Source of the DNA: an uncultured delta proteobacterium
Lineage (GTDB): Bacteria > Myxococcota_A > Polyangia > Fen-1088
Length of the DNA stretch: 64,000 bases
Reading direction: 5' to 3'
Assembly (NCBI GenBank): GCA_963796685.1
Contig: CAWCMR010000013.1
Coordinates: 224,001-288,000 of the forward strand
In this document: positions 1 to 13,303 of the stretch, piece by piece
Numbering within the stretch: the stretch's first letter is position 1
Layout of the letters: every line of letters starts with the position of its first letter
Notes under the pieces: generated by a model
The model's database searches: none
Told to the model about the DNA's origin: nothing
Seen by the model: only the letters and a program-made list of their open reading frames with translations
Position numbers and translations under genes: made by a program

Positions 1-1
1 G

Positions 2-517
2 GTTCCCCCTGCGGAAGCCTGTCCGAAGATCAAGGTCATCGAGAACGAGTGCGACCACATCACGCACCACGTGGTGGAACGCCTGCACAAGGTCTTCATC
101 ACGCCCATCGACCGCAACGACATCTTTCGGCTGATTTCGAAGATGGACGACGTCATGGACTTCGTGGAGGCGGCGGCCCAGCGCGTGGCCCTCTACGAAG
201 TGAACGGCAACAACAACGAGCTTTGGGCCCTGGCGCGCGTGCTGCAGTCGGGCTCCGAGCGCATCAGCGAGGCCGTGGCCGGGATGCGGAACTTGAAGCA
301 TCCCGAGTTGATTCTGGAGAAGTGCGTGGAGATCAACCGGCTGGAGAACGAAGCCGACGTTCTTCTTCGCGTGGCCATCGCGAAACTGTTCAAGGAAGAG
401 AAGGATCCCATCCAGATCATCAAGTGGAAGGAGATCTACGAGCTGGTCGAGACTGCCACCGACCGTTGCGAGGATGTAGCCAATATCATCGAGGGCGTGG
501 TCCTCGAGAATTCCTAG
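2..517 (+). CDS. DUF47/PhoU-like phosphate transport regulator (5'-partial)
   Basis: Open frame from the window edge with motifs 'IENECDHITH', 'FITPIDRNDI', 'ENEAD' and 'IKWKEIYELVETATDRCEDVANIIE'; lies directly upstream of a PiT transporter. Confidence 0.9.
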   Translation, partial: VPPAEACPKIKVIENECDHITHHVVERLHKVFITPIDRNDIFRLISKMDDVMDFVEAAAQRVALYEVNGNNNELWALARVLQSGSERISEAVAGMRNLKHPELILEKCVEINRLENEADVLLRVAIAKLFKEEKDPIQIIKWKEIYELVETATDRCEDVANIIEGVVLENS

Positions 518-524
518 GAGCGCA

Positions 525-1538
525 GTGGACCACAAGCTCCTTCTCGTCATCGCGGTGGTGACCACCGCGTTCCTTTTCGACTACATCAACGGTTTCCACG
601 ACGCGGCCAATTCCATCGCCACCGTGGTGTCGACCCGCGTGCTCACGCCGTTCCAGGCCGTGCTGTGGGCGGCGTTCTTCAACTTCGTCGCCTTTGCCGT
701 CTTCCAGCTTCACGTAGCCGGCACCATCGGCAAGGGCATCATCGATCCCCACATCGTCGACATGTCGGTGATCATCGGGGCGCTCAGCGGCGCCATCGTG
801 TGGAACCTGCTGACCTGGTGGTGGGGCCTTCCCTCCAGCTCGTCGCACGCCCTGGTGGGTGGCCTCATCGGTGCCGGGGTTTCCAAGGCGGGCTTCGGCA
901 TCCTGGGATGGGAAAACATCAGCCTTACCGCGCTCTTCATCGTCGTTTCCCCGGTGGTCGGCTACATCGGTTCGGCGCTCATGACGATCGGCTGCTCCTG
1001 GCTCTTGCGCAGAATGAATCCCGGGCGGGTCGATCGTTGGTTCAGACGGTTGCAACTTCTGTCGGCCGCGGCCTTCAGTCTCAACCACGGCGGCAACGAT
1101 GCCCAGAAGACCATGGGCATCATCGTGGTGCTCCTTTACTCCCAAGGCTATCTCGGCACCAAGTTCCCGGTGGGACACGAAATACCGAAATGGATCGTGC
1201 TCGGCTGTTACCTGGCCATGGGCCTCGGCACTATGTCGGGTGGCTGGCGCATCGTCAAGACCATGGGCATGCGCCTGACGAAACTGCGGCCCTTTGGCGG
1301 TTTCTGCGCCGAAACGGGCGGCTCCGTCGCCATCTTCTTGGCCACCATGCTGGGGATCCCCGTTTCGACGACCCATACCATCACCGGCGCCATCGTCGGC
1401 GTAGGCTCGACCTCCAGTCCGGGCAAGGTGCGCTGGGGCGTGGCCGGCAGGATCGTGTGGGCGTGGATCTTCACCATTCCGGCAGCGGCCGCCATCAGTG
1501 CCGTCGCCTATTTCATCGCGCGCGCCTTGGGGGCATGA
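525..1538 (+). CDS. pit: Inorganic phosphate transporter, PiT family
   Basis: GFHDAANSIAT, PSSSSHALVGG, HGGNDAQKTMG and PVSTTHTITGA signature motifs; hydrophobic. Confidence 0.95.
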   Translation: MDHKLLLVIAVVTTAFLFDYINGFHDAANSIATVVSTRVLTPFQAVLWAAFFNFVAFAVFQLHVAGTIGKGIIDPHIVDMSVIIGALSGAIVWNLLTWWWGLPSSSSHALVGGLIGAGVSKAGFGILGWENISLTALFIVVSPVVGYIGSALMTIGCSWLLRRMNPGRVDRWFRRLQLLSAAAFSLNHGGNDAQKTMGIIVVLLYSQGYLGTKFPVGHEIPKWIVLGCYLAMGLGTMSGGWRIVKTMGMRLTKLRPFGGFCAETGGSVAIFLATMLGIPVSTTHTITGAIVGVGSTSSPGKVRWGVAGRIVWAWIFTIPAAAAISAVAYFIARALGA

Positions 1539-1565
1539 GGAGCCCCGCTCGGCTGCTAGGATCGG

Positions 1566-2852
1566 GTGGTGCTCTCTCGCGTCCTAGCCACGATTCGCGA
1601 GTATGGCCTGGTGGCCAAGGGCGAGCGTCTGTTGGTTGCCGTGTCGGGCGGTCCCGACTCGACCGCGCTCGCGCACGGACTGGTCAAGATCGCCCCACGC
1701 CTCGGCATCACCCCCGTGGCGGCTTGTGTGGATCATGGCCTGCGGCCCGAGTCGGCAGCCGAGGCGAATGGGGTCCGGCAACGTTGCCAGGAGATGGGCA
1801 TTGCGTGCGAAGTGCTGAGGGTCGATGTCGGCCGTGCTCGCAGGGCCCACGTCTCGGTGCAGGAGGCCGCGCGCAATGTGCGACTGGCAGCGCTCGAGAG
1901 TGCCGCCAGTCGGCTAGCGTGCACGAAGATCGCGCTCGGCCACACCGCCGACGACCAGGCCGAGACCGTGCTCTTCCGTATCGTGCGCGGAACCGGTCTG
2001 GCCGGGCTCGCCGGAATCCCCTATCGGCGTGGTCCGTTCATCCGGCCTTTGCTCGACGTGCGTCGAGCCGACATCCTGGCTTACCTGGCCAGGCGCAACC
2101 TGGCTTTCGTCGAGGATCCATCCAACGCCAACCGTCGCTATGCTCGGTCGCGCTTGCGCCACGACGTGCTGCCCATGCTGGCCCGCGAGAACCCTCGGGT
2201 CGTGGACGCCCTGCTGGCGTTGGCCCACGAAGCGCGGGACAAGGGCGCCGGGCTCTGGCGCCAGGCCTTGCCTGCCGGGCTCTACTTGCCAAGGTCGGCG
2301 GCTCAAACCGTGGATCGCTGGATGCGCGAAGGGCACGGGACGCGGACCATGACGGTCCGAAACGGCGAGCTCTCCGTAGGTTACGGGAAGGTTTCGTGGT
2401 TGCCGCGAGCGCTCGCACAGACGCTTTCAGACGAGGCACGAGCGGGGGAAGCAGGGGAAGCAGCGGAAGCAGCGAAAGATCGTCTCGTGCAAGGGCCAGG
2501 CCGGTACCGGATCTTCGAATCCCCGGCCCCCGGTCTGGAGATTTCGCCTGCGTGCGCGGGTGTCGCACCGGGGGGCAACGAGGCCTGTTTCGACGTCGCA
2601 AAGCTGGCGTGGCCGCTGCGTTTGCGCCTGCCATGCCCCGGCGATCGCATGGCGCCGCGGAGCGGTCGCGGCACGCGCAAGCTGTCAGACTTGCTCATCG
2701 ACGCCAAGATTCCCAAGCCGGAGCGGTCGCTTCTACCCGTCCTCTGCGATGCCTCGGGTGTCATTCTGTACGTTCCCGGCCTGCGACCGTCGCAATTGGG
2801 ACGCCCGGACGAGACGACCCGAGAGTGGATCCAGGTCCATGTGTTGCGTTGA
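1566..2852 (+). CDS. tilS: tRNA(Ile)-lysidine synthetase
   Basis: PP-loop AVSGGPDS, DHGLR, GHTADDQAET, IRPLL and C-terminal RKLSDLLIDAKIP; upstream of ftsH. Confidence 0.95.
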   Translation: MVLSRVLATIREYGLVAKGERLLVAVSGGPDSTALAHGLVKIAPRLGITPVAACVDHGLRPESAAEANGVRQRCQEMGIACEVLRVDVGRARRAHVSVQEAARNVRLAALESAASRLACTKIALGHTADDQAETVLFRIVRGTGLAGLAGIPYRRGPFIRPLLDVRRADILAYLARRNLAFVEDPSNANRRYARSRLRHDVLPMLARENPRVVDALLALAHEARDKGAGLWRQALPAGLYLPRSAAQTVDRWMREGHGTRTMTVRNGELSVGYGKVSWLPRALAQTLSDEARAGEAGEAAEAAKDRLVQGPGRYRIFESPAPGLEISPACAGVAPGGNEACFDVAKLAWPLRLRLPCPGDRMAPRSGRGTRKLSDLLIDAKIPKPERSLLPVLCDASGVILYVPGLRPSQLGRPDETTREWIQVHVLR

Positions 2853-2907
2853 CGGTACCCCTTTTGGTGTCAATATCTTGAGTACAAACTCCCCATGAGG
2901 AACTCGG

Positions 2908-4860
<1,953 letters not shown>

Positions 4861-4876
4861 CCGCGGTCGCGGCGCC

Positions 4877-5699
4877 ATGCCGGTCTTGATCGCCGGGGTG
4901 CTCAATCTCACGCCGGATTCCTTCTCCGACGGGGGACGGTTTACCTCGGTCGAAAGCGCGGTCGCGGCCGGGCTAGCCATGGTCCATGCCGGAGCGCAAT
5001 GGCTTGACGTGGGCGGCGAATCCACGCGCCCCAAGGCGGAGCCCGTGGCCGAGGGCGAGGAGATCCACCGCGTGGTCCCGGTCATCGAGCACTTGGTGGG
5101 CGAGCTAGGGGGGAGGACGCGTATTTCCATCGATACCTACAAGGCGGGGACGGCTCGCGCCGCGCTTGCAGCAGGGGCCAGCATCGTCAACGACGTCTCG
5201 GGCGGCCTGCTCGATCCCGTCATCCTCGAGGTGGCGGCCCATGCCAAGGCCGGCGTGGTCCTCGGGCATCTGCGCGGCCATCCCGCGACCATGACGGAGG
5301 GCGTGCATTTCGACGACGTGGTGGTCGAGGTGGCCGCCGAGCTGGGCCTGCGCATCGCGGCCGCGCGCGCGGCGGGCTGCGATGAGATTTGGGCCGATCC
5401 CGGCATCGGTTTCGGCAAGAGACTGGACCACAACCTTTCCTTGCTCGCCCATCTTCCCTTGCTGCGCGACCGCCTTGGCGTCCCACTCATGGTCGGGGTG
5501 TCGCGCAAGCGGTTCATCGGCGATCTCACGGGGCGGCCGGTGGCGGAACGGGCTTTCGGCACGGCCGCGGCCGTCGCGGCGTCCATACTCGGTGGCGCCG
5601 CCGTGGTCCGGGTTCACGACGTGCGGGAGATGGTCGACGTGGTCAAAGTGGCCGAGGCTATCGCAAGCGCACGCTCGGCCGGCTACAATGGCGATCCTC

Positions 5700-5707
<8 letters not shown>
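4877..5707 (+). CDS. folP: Dihydropteroate synthase
   Basis: [34 protein letters not shown] and VRVHDV; start placed at ATG 4877. Confidence 0.95.
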
Positions 5708-7070
<1,363 letters not shown>

Positions 7071-7117
7071 CCGGGCTTCCCGGTGGGAAGACTCAAGCCG
7101 TTCTGGAGGAAGATCAT

Positions 7118-7861
7118 ATGGTTCGCCTTTTCATCAACGTCGACCACGTCGCGACCCTGCGCCAGCAACGCGATACCCTCTATCCCGACCCGGTCATCGC
7201 CGCCGGTATCTGCGACCTCTGCGGCGTGGACGGGATCACGGTTCACCTGCGCGAGGATCGCCGCCACATTCAGGAGCGCGATGTGCGCATCCTGCGCCAG
7301 ACCGTGCGGGGTGGGCTGAATCTGGAAATGGCGGTGGTGCCCTCGATCCTCGACCTTGCGCTGCAGGTCGGTCCTGACATGTGCACGCTCGTGCCCGAGA
7401 AGCGCGAAGAGCGTACCACCGAGGGTGGACTGGACCTGCGCGGTCGCGCCAGCGAGATTGGCAAGGCCGTGCGCAGGTTGCGCGATGCCGGAATCGGCGT
7501 CAGCCTATTCATCGATCCCGAGGAGGATGTCGCCCGCGCTTGCGCCGACCTCGGAGCGACCCAGGCCGAATTGCACACCGGGGACTATTGCCATGCCAAG
7601 GTCGGAACCTCGGAGGCAAGCCGCGAGCTCGCCCGCCTGGAAAAGGCAGGTCGAATCGTGGTCGACTCCGGGTTGCGCCTGGCCGCCGGTCACGGCCTCG
7701 ACTACGCGAATGTCGGGCCGGTGGCGAGTCTCGCCAACCTGGAGGAAATGAGCATCGGCCACGCCGTGGTCGCGCGTGCGGTCATGGTGGGCATGGAGCG
7801 CGCGGTGCTCGATATGCGCAAGGCCATCGACGAGGGTGCGAGCGGCGCTCATCGCGGGTAA
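7118..7861 (+). CDS. pdxJ: Pyridoxine 5'-phosphate synthase
   Basis: INVDHVATLRQ, HLREDRRHIQ, TTEGGLD, ELHTG and AGHGL; GGAGG RBS before ATG 7118. Confidence 0.96.
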   Translation: MVRLFINVDHVATLRQQRDTLYPDPVIAAGICDLCGVDGITVHLREDRRHIQERDVRILRQTVRGGLNLEMAVVPSILDLALQVGPDMCTLVPEKREERTTEGGLDLRGRASEIGKAVRRLRDAGIGVSLFIDPEEDVARACADLGATQAELHTGDYCHAKVGTSEASRELARLEKAGRIVVDSGLRLAAGHGLDYANVGPVASLANLEEMSIGHAVVARAVMVGMERAVLDMRKAIDEGASGAHRG

Positions 7862-7872
7862 GATCGCCGATC

Positions 7873-9438
7873 ATGGCGCTTCTGCTCACGGCGGCCCAGA
7901 TGCGGGCCATGGATAACGCGGCGATCGCGCGGCTGGGTCTGCCTGGTGTAGTGTTGATGGAGAACGCGGGCCGCGGCGTGGCGGAGCTCATCGCTCGTGA
8001 ACGGACGCACCTTGCGGGAACGGAGGTTCGAATCGTGTGCGGCGCGGGGCAGAATGGCGGCGATGGATTCGTGGTGGCGCGACACCTCCTCGGCCGGGGA
8101 GCGAAGGTGCGGGTTTTGCTGGCCTTGCCGCGCGAAAAGGTAATGGGCGACGCCGCCATCTTCGCCAAGGTCCTGGGCGCGCTCGACGCGGATTGCATCC
8201 TGGATTTGTCATCGGAAACCGAGGCCAAGGTTTGGCAATCGCACCTGGCAGGCGCGTCTGTCGTGGTCGATGCTCTCTTCGGCACCGGGCTGCGTTCGCA
8301 AATCCAGGGCGCTCCTGCCGCCGCCATCGCTGGCATGAATGCCACGGATGCCTTGCGCGTGTCGGTGGACATTCCATCTGGGCTCGATGCAGACACGTCG
8401 GCGGTGCACGGCTGCATCGTGCGGGCCCACATCACCGCCACCATGGGGTGTAGAAAACTAGGGCTCGTTCTCGACGCCGATGTCCCGGTGGGCAGGGTCG
8501 ACGTCGTGGACTTGGGGGTCGCAGTCGAGAGCACCGTCGCGGCAGCTCTCGAACAGGGGCCGCTTTGTCATTGGCTGGAGAGGGAAGACATCGCACGCGT
8601 GCTGCCGGTTCGCGCTCCCACCGGTCACAAGGGCACCGCCGGGCATTTGCTCGTGGTCGCGGGCTCGGCGGGAAAGACCGGAGCTGCTTTGCTCGCGGCA
8701 CGCGCGGCCTTGCGCAGCGGCGTCGGGCTGGTCACCATCGCCACCAGCGGCTCGGCGCAAGCCGCGCTCGATGCCAAGGTGGCGTCCGAGATGACCTCCC
8801 GCTACACCGAGGGCGATGCCGCCGATGCAGGCAGTTTTGCCATGCTCGTGGCGCAGGCCGCGCGCATGAAGGCCATGGTCCTTGGTCCCGGCATTCCCAC
8901 GGGACATGGCATGGCAGACCTGGTTCGCCGCTTGGTGACCGAGGTGAGCCTTCCGATGGTTCTCGACGCGGATGCGCTCAATCTCCTCGGTACCGAGGTC
9001 GCGGCGGTCTCGACGAAGGCCGCGGGACCGCGCATCCTCACGCCCCATCCAGGCGAGATGGCGCGACTTTGCGGCATCACGACGGCCGAGGTGGCCCAAG
9101 ACCGCCTCGGGCTCGCCCGCCGATTGGCGACGGCCTCGGGCGCCGTGGTGGTGCTCAAGGGGGCGCGAACCATCGTCGCGGTCCCAGGCGGCGCGGCCTA
9201 CATCAACCCGACGGCCAATGCCTCGCTCGGAACGGCCGGCAGCGGGGATGTGCTGTCCGGAACCATTGGCGCGTGGTTGGCGCAGGGACTTTCACCCAGC
9301 GACGCGGCGTGTGCCGGCGTCTTCCTGCATGGTGCGGCGGCCGACGAGGCGACGCGAGCGCTTGGGTCGCGAAACCTCGTCGCGACGGATTTGCCGGATG
9401 CGATCGCTCGCGCATGCGAAGCGCTGCGGCCGGTGTAG
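7873..9438 (+). CDS. nnr: Bifunctional NAD(P)H-hydrate epimerase/dehydratase
   Basis: LMENAG, GQNGGDG, DALFGTG, VDIPSG, GHKG, LDADAL, LTPHPGE and TAGSGDVLSG. Confidence 0.95.
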   Translation: MALLLTAAQMRAMDNAAIARLGLPGVVLMENAGRGVAELIARERTHLAGTEVRIVCGAGQNGGDGFVVARHLLGRGAKVRVLLALPREKVMGDAAIFAKVLGALDADCILDLSSETEAKVWQSHLAGASVVVDALFGTGLRSQIQGAPAAAIAGMNATDALRVSVDIPSGLDADTSAVHGCIVRAHITATMGCRKLGLVLDADVPVGRVDVVDLGVAVESTVAAALEQGPLCHWLEREDIARVLPVRAPTGHKGTAGHLLVVAGSAGKTGAALLAARAALRSGVGLVTIATSGSAQAALDAKVASEMTSRYTEGDAADAGSFAMLVAQAARMKAMVLGPGIPTGHGMADLVRRLVTEVSLPMVLDADALNLLGTEVAAVSTKAAGPRILTPHPGEMARLCGITTAEVAQDRLGLARRLATASGAVVVLKGARTIVAVPGGAAYINPTANASLGTAGSGDVLSGTIGAWLAQGLSPSDAACAGVFLHGAAADEATRALGSRNLVATDLPDAIARACEALRPV

Positions 9439-9451
9439 ACTGCATCCCATC

Positions 9452-9733
9452 ATGACGAAGGAAACACTTCTCTACGCCCTGGGAGCTGAAGGACTGAAGG
9501 TTGCGAGTGACAGCGTCGCCATCCCGGATGATCGGGACGCGTCGTTCCTCGTTTCGGGTCCAGGGGAAACGATTCAAGTGGGCAAGGTCATCAGGATCGA
9601 GCTGCGCGACGGTGCCCTCTGCCTCGAAACCACCAAGGCCGAGCGTTTTTGGTTTACCTACGATCTCCTGCTCGGCATGCGCATAAGAGCGGCGCAAGAC
9701 ACCAAAGACCACGGCGCCGGCTTCAGTAGATAG
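9452..9733 (+). CDS. Hypothetical protein (93 aa)
   Basis: ATG 13 bp after the nnr stop; plausible codon usage; ends in 'AGF', seen in small myxobacterial hypotheticals. Confidence 0.7.
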   Translation: MTKETLLYALGAEGLKVASDSVAIPDDRDASFLVSGPGETIQVGKVIRIELRDGALCLETTKAERFWFTYDLLLGMRIRAAQDTKDHGAGFSR

Positions 9734-9734
9734 G

Positions 9735-9851
9735 CCTATGGATCGCGTAGGCGGAGGCTGGCTTTGCCAGCCGGAGCCAGAGCGCGGGAGGGATAGGGAA
9801 CCCTCTCAGGGTTCCCTATGGATCGCGTAGGCGGAGGCTGGCTTTGCCAGC
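9735..9851 (+). repeat. Structured repeat family locus 1: 1.5 tandem copies, 80-bp period
   Basis: GATCGCGTAGGCGGAGGCTGGCTTTGCCAGC at 9741 and 9821; terminal hairpin ATAGGGAACCCT-CTC-AGGGTTCCCTAT. Confidence 0.9.
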
Positions 9852-9901
9852 ACCGACGCCGGGCCGAAGGCCCGGAGCCTTCAAGCGTGAAAAGGTGACA
9901 G

Positions 9902-9957
9902 CCCCTCACCCGCCTCGCTGCGCTCGGCGACCTCTCCCCGCTACGCGGGGCGAGGTG
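9902..9957. repeat. REP-like palindromic element of the CCCCTCACCC...CCTCTCCCCG...CGGGGCGAGG type
   Basis: CCCCTCACCC leader, then TCGCTG/CGGCGA and CCTCTCCCCGC/GCGGGGCGAGG stems, between convergent genes. Confidence 0.6.
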
Positions 9958-9975
9958 TCTTCAGGTCACGGTTCC

Positions 9976-11682
9976 CTATCTAAAGGACATCGACCAGTTT
10001 GCGATGGTGTTCTTTCCCTTGTACTGGGGGAAACCGAAGGTCTGCATCTGGTTCAAGATGCAAACCGGCATGGAACCCGAGCGCTGGCCGTTCACCTGTA
10101 CCGCCTTCACCCGGCCGGTCGGCTGGACGACGAAGTCCACTTCCACGGTGCGGGCACCGCTCTGCATCGCGCAGGGAACGAGCTTGCGGTAGTTGGCGCG
10201 CATCACGCGGTCGATGGTGCCCTCGTCGAGAATGGCATCGCCGCCATCCTTGGTAACGTCGCCATAGTCCATGGCGTTGTTGAAGTCCTCGGCGCGGCCC
10301 GCGATGCCGCCGCCCGTGTGCCGCCTCCCGCCGCCGCCCGCACGTTTGGGCTGAGCGAATTCGACCTTGACGCCGTTGAGAAACTTGTCGACATCGGCTT
10401 CACTGACGCGCGAGGCGAGCACATCGCTTTCCGCCGCTTTGCGGTTCTTGAGATAGAAGGTCATGCCCCCCGCGATGACAAGGACGGCGAGACCGATGAT
10501 GAGGATGGTCCAGCGGCTCTTGCGGCGCTCGGTGTGCTCGTGCGCCTGTTCAGCCCGCGTGCGGCGTTGCGCCTCGAGCTTGCGCTCGACGACACGCGCG
10601 AATTCGGCCAGCTGCGGGTGTTCTTTGATCTTCTGCCGGTCGCCTGAATCGGCATCGACGATGAAGTTGTCTCCCGAGAAGACACCCTTCTCCATCTGCG
10701 CCATGACCTGGGCCAGGGAGAACGGGCCGAAATCGAGGTTGTCCTTCTGGATGAGCCAGCGCTCGTACTCCTCGGAGATCCTGACCGCGTCGGACACGCT
10801 GAACGATTTACCCAGAGTCAGGCGTGGCGTCGCCAGGGCCGGATCCTTCTTGGGCGCGTTCTGGCTCGAAAGCAGCGTGCCCACCTCGGCGATGAGCTGC
10901 GAGGGCCGGGCATAGCGGGTCTCGGGCAACGAGGCCAAACCACGATCGATGATCTTGTCGATGCCCTTGGGGAGCTCGCTGTTGACTTGAGATGCCGGCC
11001 ACGGTGGCGCGGTCGGCGCGTGGCCGGTAACGAGCTCATAAAGAACCGCGGTCAGGGAGAAGACGTCGGAGGCGGGCGATGGCGCGGCGCCGGCCGCCAC
11101 TTCGGGGGCGAGGTAGGGACTGGCAGAGGCGCCTTCGGGCATGTCTAGATGCGCCAGTGCGGGCAGGGCGCGGGTGAGGCCGAGGTTGGCGACCTTGACC
11201 CTCCCGGAGTTGCCCAAGCGAATCGCGGCGGGATGGACGCCACCGTGACAGACCTGGGGGTAGGCAGCCTCGATCCCGTTGGCGGCGTGGCCGAGAAGGA
11301 CGTGGGCGTGCGGCAGTCCCACGACTTGGTTCTGGGCTTTCCTTGAATTGACGATCTGCCTCAGCGTCGCGCCGTCCGCGGGCTCGGTTGCCAGATAGAC
11401 ACGAGTGCCTTCGTAGCCCCAGGCCAGCAGCGTGCACAGATTCTTGTGCGTAACGCCTGCGGCATGGGTGAGGTCGCTCTCGAGCACATGCCGGGCGGAC
11501 GCCGGACACTGAAACATCCTCAACAAGGCCGGCGCGCTGTCACGCGTATCGAGGGCCTGGTAGAGCTCCATTCCGGCCTCTGCGTGAACAAAGGACTGGA
11601 TCTGGAATCGGCCACCAACGATGGTCTCGAGCGGCAGCGGCTCGGCGACCCCTTTTGCATCGAGTGATACTGCGTCGTTCAT
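9976..11682 (-). CDS. Ser/Thr pseudokinase + GYF-like domain + TM + AgmX/PglI-like C-terminal domain
   Basis: Kinase fold (YLAPE, SDVFSL) with HRD->HGG, DFG->NLG and no VAIK Lys; 'WLIQKDNLDFGPFS'; TM segment; periplasmic 'LVPC...FVVQPTGRV...CI...FGFPQYKG'. Confidence 0.8.
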   Translation of the reverse strand: MNDAVSLDAKGVAEPLPLETIVGGRFQIQSFVHAEAGMELYQALDTRDSAPALLRMFQCPASARHVLESDLTHAAGVTHKNLCTLLAWGYEGTRVYLATEPADGATLRQIVNSRKAQNQVVGLPHAHVLLGHAANGIEAAYPQVCHGGVHPAAIRLGNSGRVKVANLGLTRALPALAHLDMPEGASASPYLAPEVAAGAAPSPASDVFSLTAVLYELVTGHAPTAPPWPASQVNSELPKGIDKIIDRGLASLPETRYARPSQLIAEVGTLLSSQNAPKKDPALATPRLTLGKSFSVSDAVRISEEYERWLIQKDNLDFGPFSLAQVMAQMEKGVFSGDNFIVDADSGDRQKIKEHPQLAEFARVVERKLEAQRRTRAEQAHEHTERRKSRWTILIIGLAVLVIAGGMTFYLKNRKAAESDVLASRVSEADVDKFLNGVKVEFAQPKRAGGGGRRHTGGGIAGRAEDFNNAMDYGDVTKDGGDAILDEGTIDRVMRANYRKLVPCAMQSGARTVEVDFVVQPTGRVKAVQVNGQRSGSMPVCILNQMQTFGFPQYKGKNTIANWSMSFR

Positions 11683-11735
11683 CTGGAGCAGTCCGCATTA
11701 TAGGCTGCGTCCCGGCAGCCTTGGCCAGTAAAAAC

Positions 11736-12356
11736 CTACGAGAGCTTGAAACGACGAACCAATTCGCGCAAGCGGCGTGATCCTCCACCTTCGCGGAACA
11801 TGAATTTGATCCCTGTTTGGCTGGGCCCGGCGTGATAGAGGACGCGCCCGGATATGGACATCGGTGCGACCCCGCCGGGCGGAACGATGTCGACAACCAC
11901 GTCGGCGCCGATGTTCGGCTGACAGCGCGTGGCGAAAAGACAGCCGCTCACGCTGATCTCGCGTAACTCGGCGTCGACTGCGGTGGCATCGCTGCCGATG
12001 CGGACCCTGACCGCCAATCCAACGGGGATGCGCGTGTGCTTCCGCTTGCGCGAGACCAGGCGCGCGCCCATCAACGTTTGGACGACGAAGTCACGTTTCG
12101 CGGCTTCCTCGGCCACGAAACGGACGAGAGCCCCTGCGCGGATGCGCAGGCGGGGCAGCGCGGGACGCCACGAGATCACCACCCCACGAAGCAGAACCTT
12201 GTTGGGAAGTCCCTTGCACGCAAGCTCGACCACCACCGGCGCTTCCGCGGGGAGCTCGGTCGTAGTCGGGCAGAAGATGACTCCGTCGGGGTGATCGGTA
12301 TTGTAGAGGCTGCGAAAGTCTTCCGCGCTTCGACAGCGAACTCGGAGAATATTCAA
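11736..12356 (-). CDS. PilZ domain protein
   Basis: RKHTR (RxxxR) and EISVSG motifs; TTG start after a GGGAGA RBS is inferred. Confidence 0.8.
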   Translation of the reverse strand: MNILRVRCRSAEDFRSLYNTDHPDGVIFCPTTTELPAEAPVVVELACKGLPNKVLLRGVVISWRPALPRLRIRAGALVRFVAEEAAKRDFVVQTLMGARLVSRKRKHTRIPVGLAVRVRIGSDATAVDAELREISVSGCLFATRCQPNIGADVVVDIVPPGGVAPMSISGRVLYHAGPSQTGIKFMFREGGGSRRLRELVRRFKLS

Positions 12357-12433
12357 GGTCTCCCTCTCTCCCGACGTAACGGCACTGTGGCTTACCTGCC
12401 CTGTCTGTACTAGCTTCGTCCGACCCAAGTCCC

Positions 12434-13303
12434 ATGTCAATTCGTGTCTACATTGGCGGTCAGCCGCGCGCACCGGAAACGGCCATGATTTCCGTGTTCG
12501 ACCGAGGCTTTCTGTTCGGGGATAGCGTGTATGAAACCATCGCACTCGTGGACGGGAGGCCGCTTTTTCTATCCGAGCACCTGGATCGACTGGAGCGCTC
12601 GGCGGGACGCATCTATCTGACACCGCCGCCGCGCTCGCAGGTGGAGCGGGCCATTCGCGAAACGGTGACCGCGGCCGCCGAGAGGAGTGCGCGCATTCGA
12701 GTCATGGTCACGCGTGGCGCGGGGGGAATCGACCTCGATCCCGCCACCGCGGGCACGCCCGAGCTCATCGTGATTGTGCAACCGCTCGGAGGCCCGACCG
12801 CCGAAATGCTCGAAGCCGGCGTCGCGGTGGCGCTGGTGAAAGCCACGCGCACGGCACCTTCGGGCGTGGCACCCACCGTGAAATCCGGGAACTATCTCGG
12901 CAGCGTCCTGGCCATCGCGGAGGCCAGGCGGCGGTGGCCCGGTGTCAACGAAGCGATCCTCTGTTCGGCCAGCGGTAGCGTTGCGGAGGGCGCCACCAGC
13001 AATGTCTTCGTGGTCCGGGCTGGCGCGCTCGAGACCCCCGCCCTCGATGTCGGCATCTTGGATGGCGTCACCCGTGGCAAGGTTCTCGATCTTGCCCGGG
13101 GCGCGGGCATCGAAACCCGCGAAGTCCTCTTCTTGGATTCGCAAAGCCTACGGGATGCCGACGAGGTCTTCCTTACCAGCGCGGTTCGTGGGATCTTGCC
13201 GGTCACCAAGGTGGACGGGACCGCGGTCGGAAACGGCCGCCCAGGCACGGTCACGCGCCATCTGTGGACCCTTTACCAGCGCCTGGCGAGCGAGGCACGA
13301 TGA
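12434..13303 (+). CDS. Aminotransferase class IV (IlvE/PabC/Dat family)
   Basis: DRGFLFGDSVYET, HLDRL, KSGNY, EGATSNVF, LDGVTR and ADEVFLTS. Confidence 0.93.
   Translation: MSIRVYIGGQPRAPETAMISVFDRGFLFGDSVYETIALVDGRPLFLSEHLDRLERSAGRIYLTPPPRSQVERAIRETVTAAAERSARIRVMVTRGAGGIDLDPATAGTPELIVIVQPLGGPTAEMLEAGVAVALVKATRTAPSGVAPTVKSGNYLGSVLAIAEARRRWPGVNEAILCSASGSVAEGATSNVFVVRAGALETPALDVGILDGVTRGKVLDLARGAGIETREVLFLDSQSLRDADEVFLTSAVRGILPVTKVDGTAVGNGRPGTVTRHLWTLYQRLASEAR

Noticed and set aside
2442-2478. 9-bp tandem repeat in tilS (AGEAGEAAEAAK)
   Set aside because: Short in-frame low-complexity linker with no evidence of phase variation
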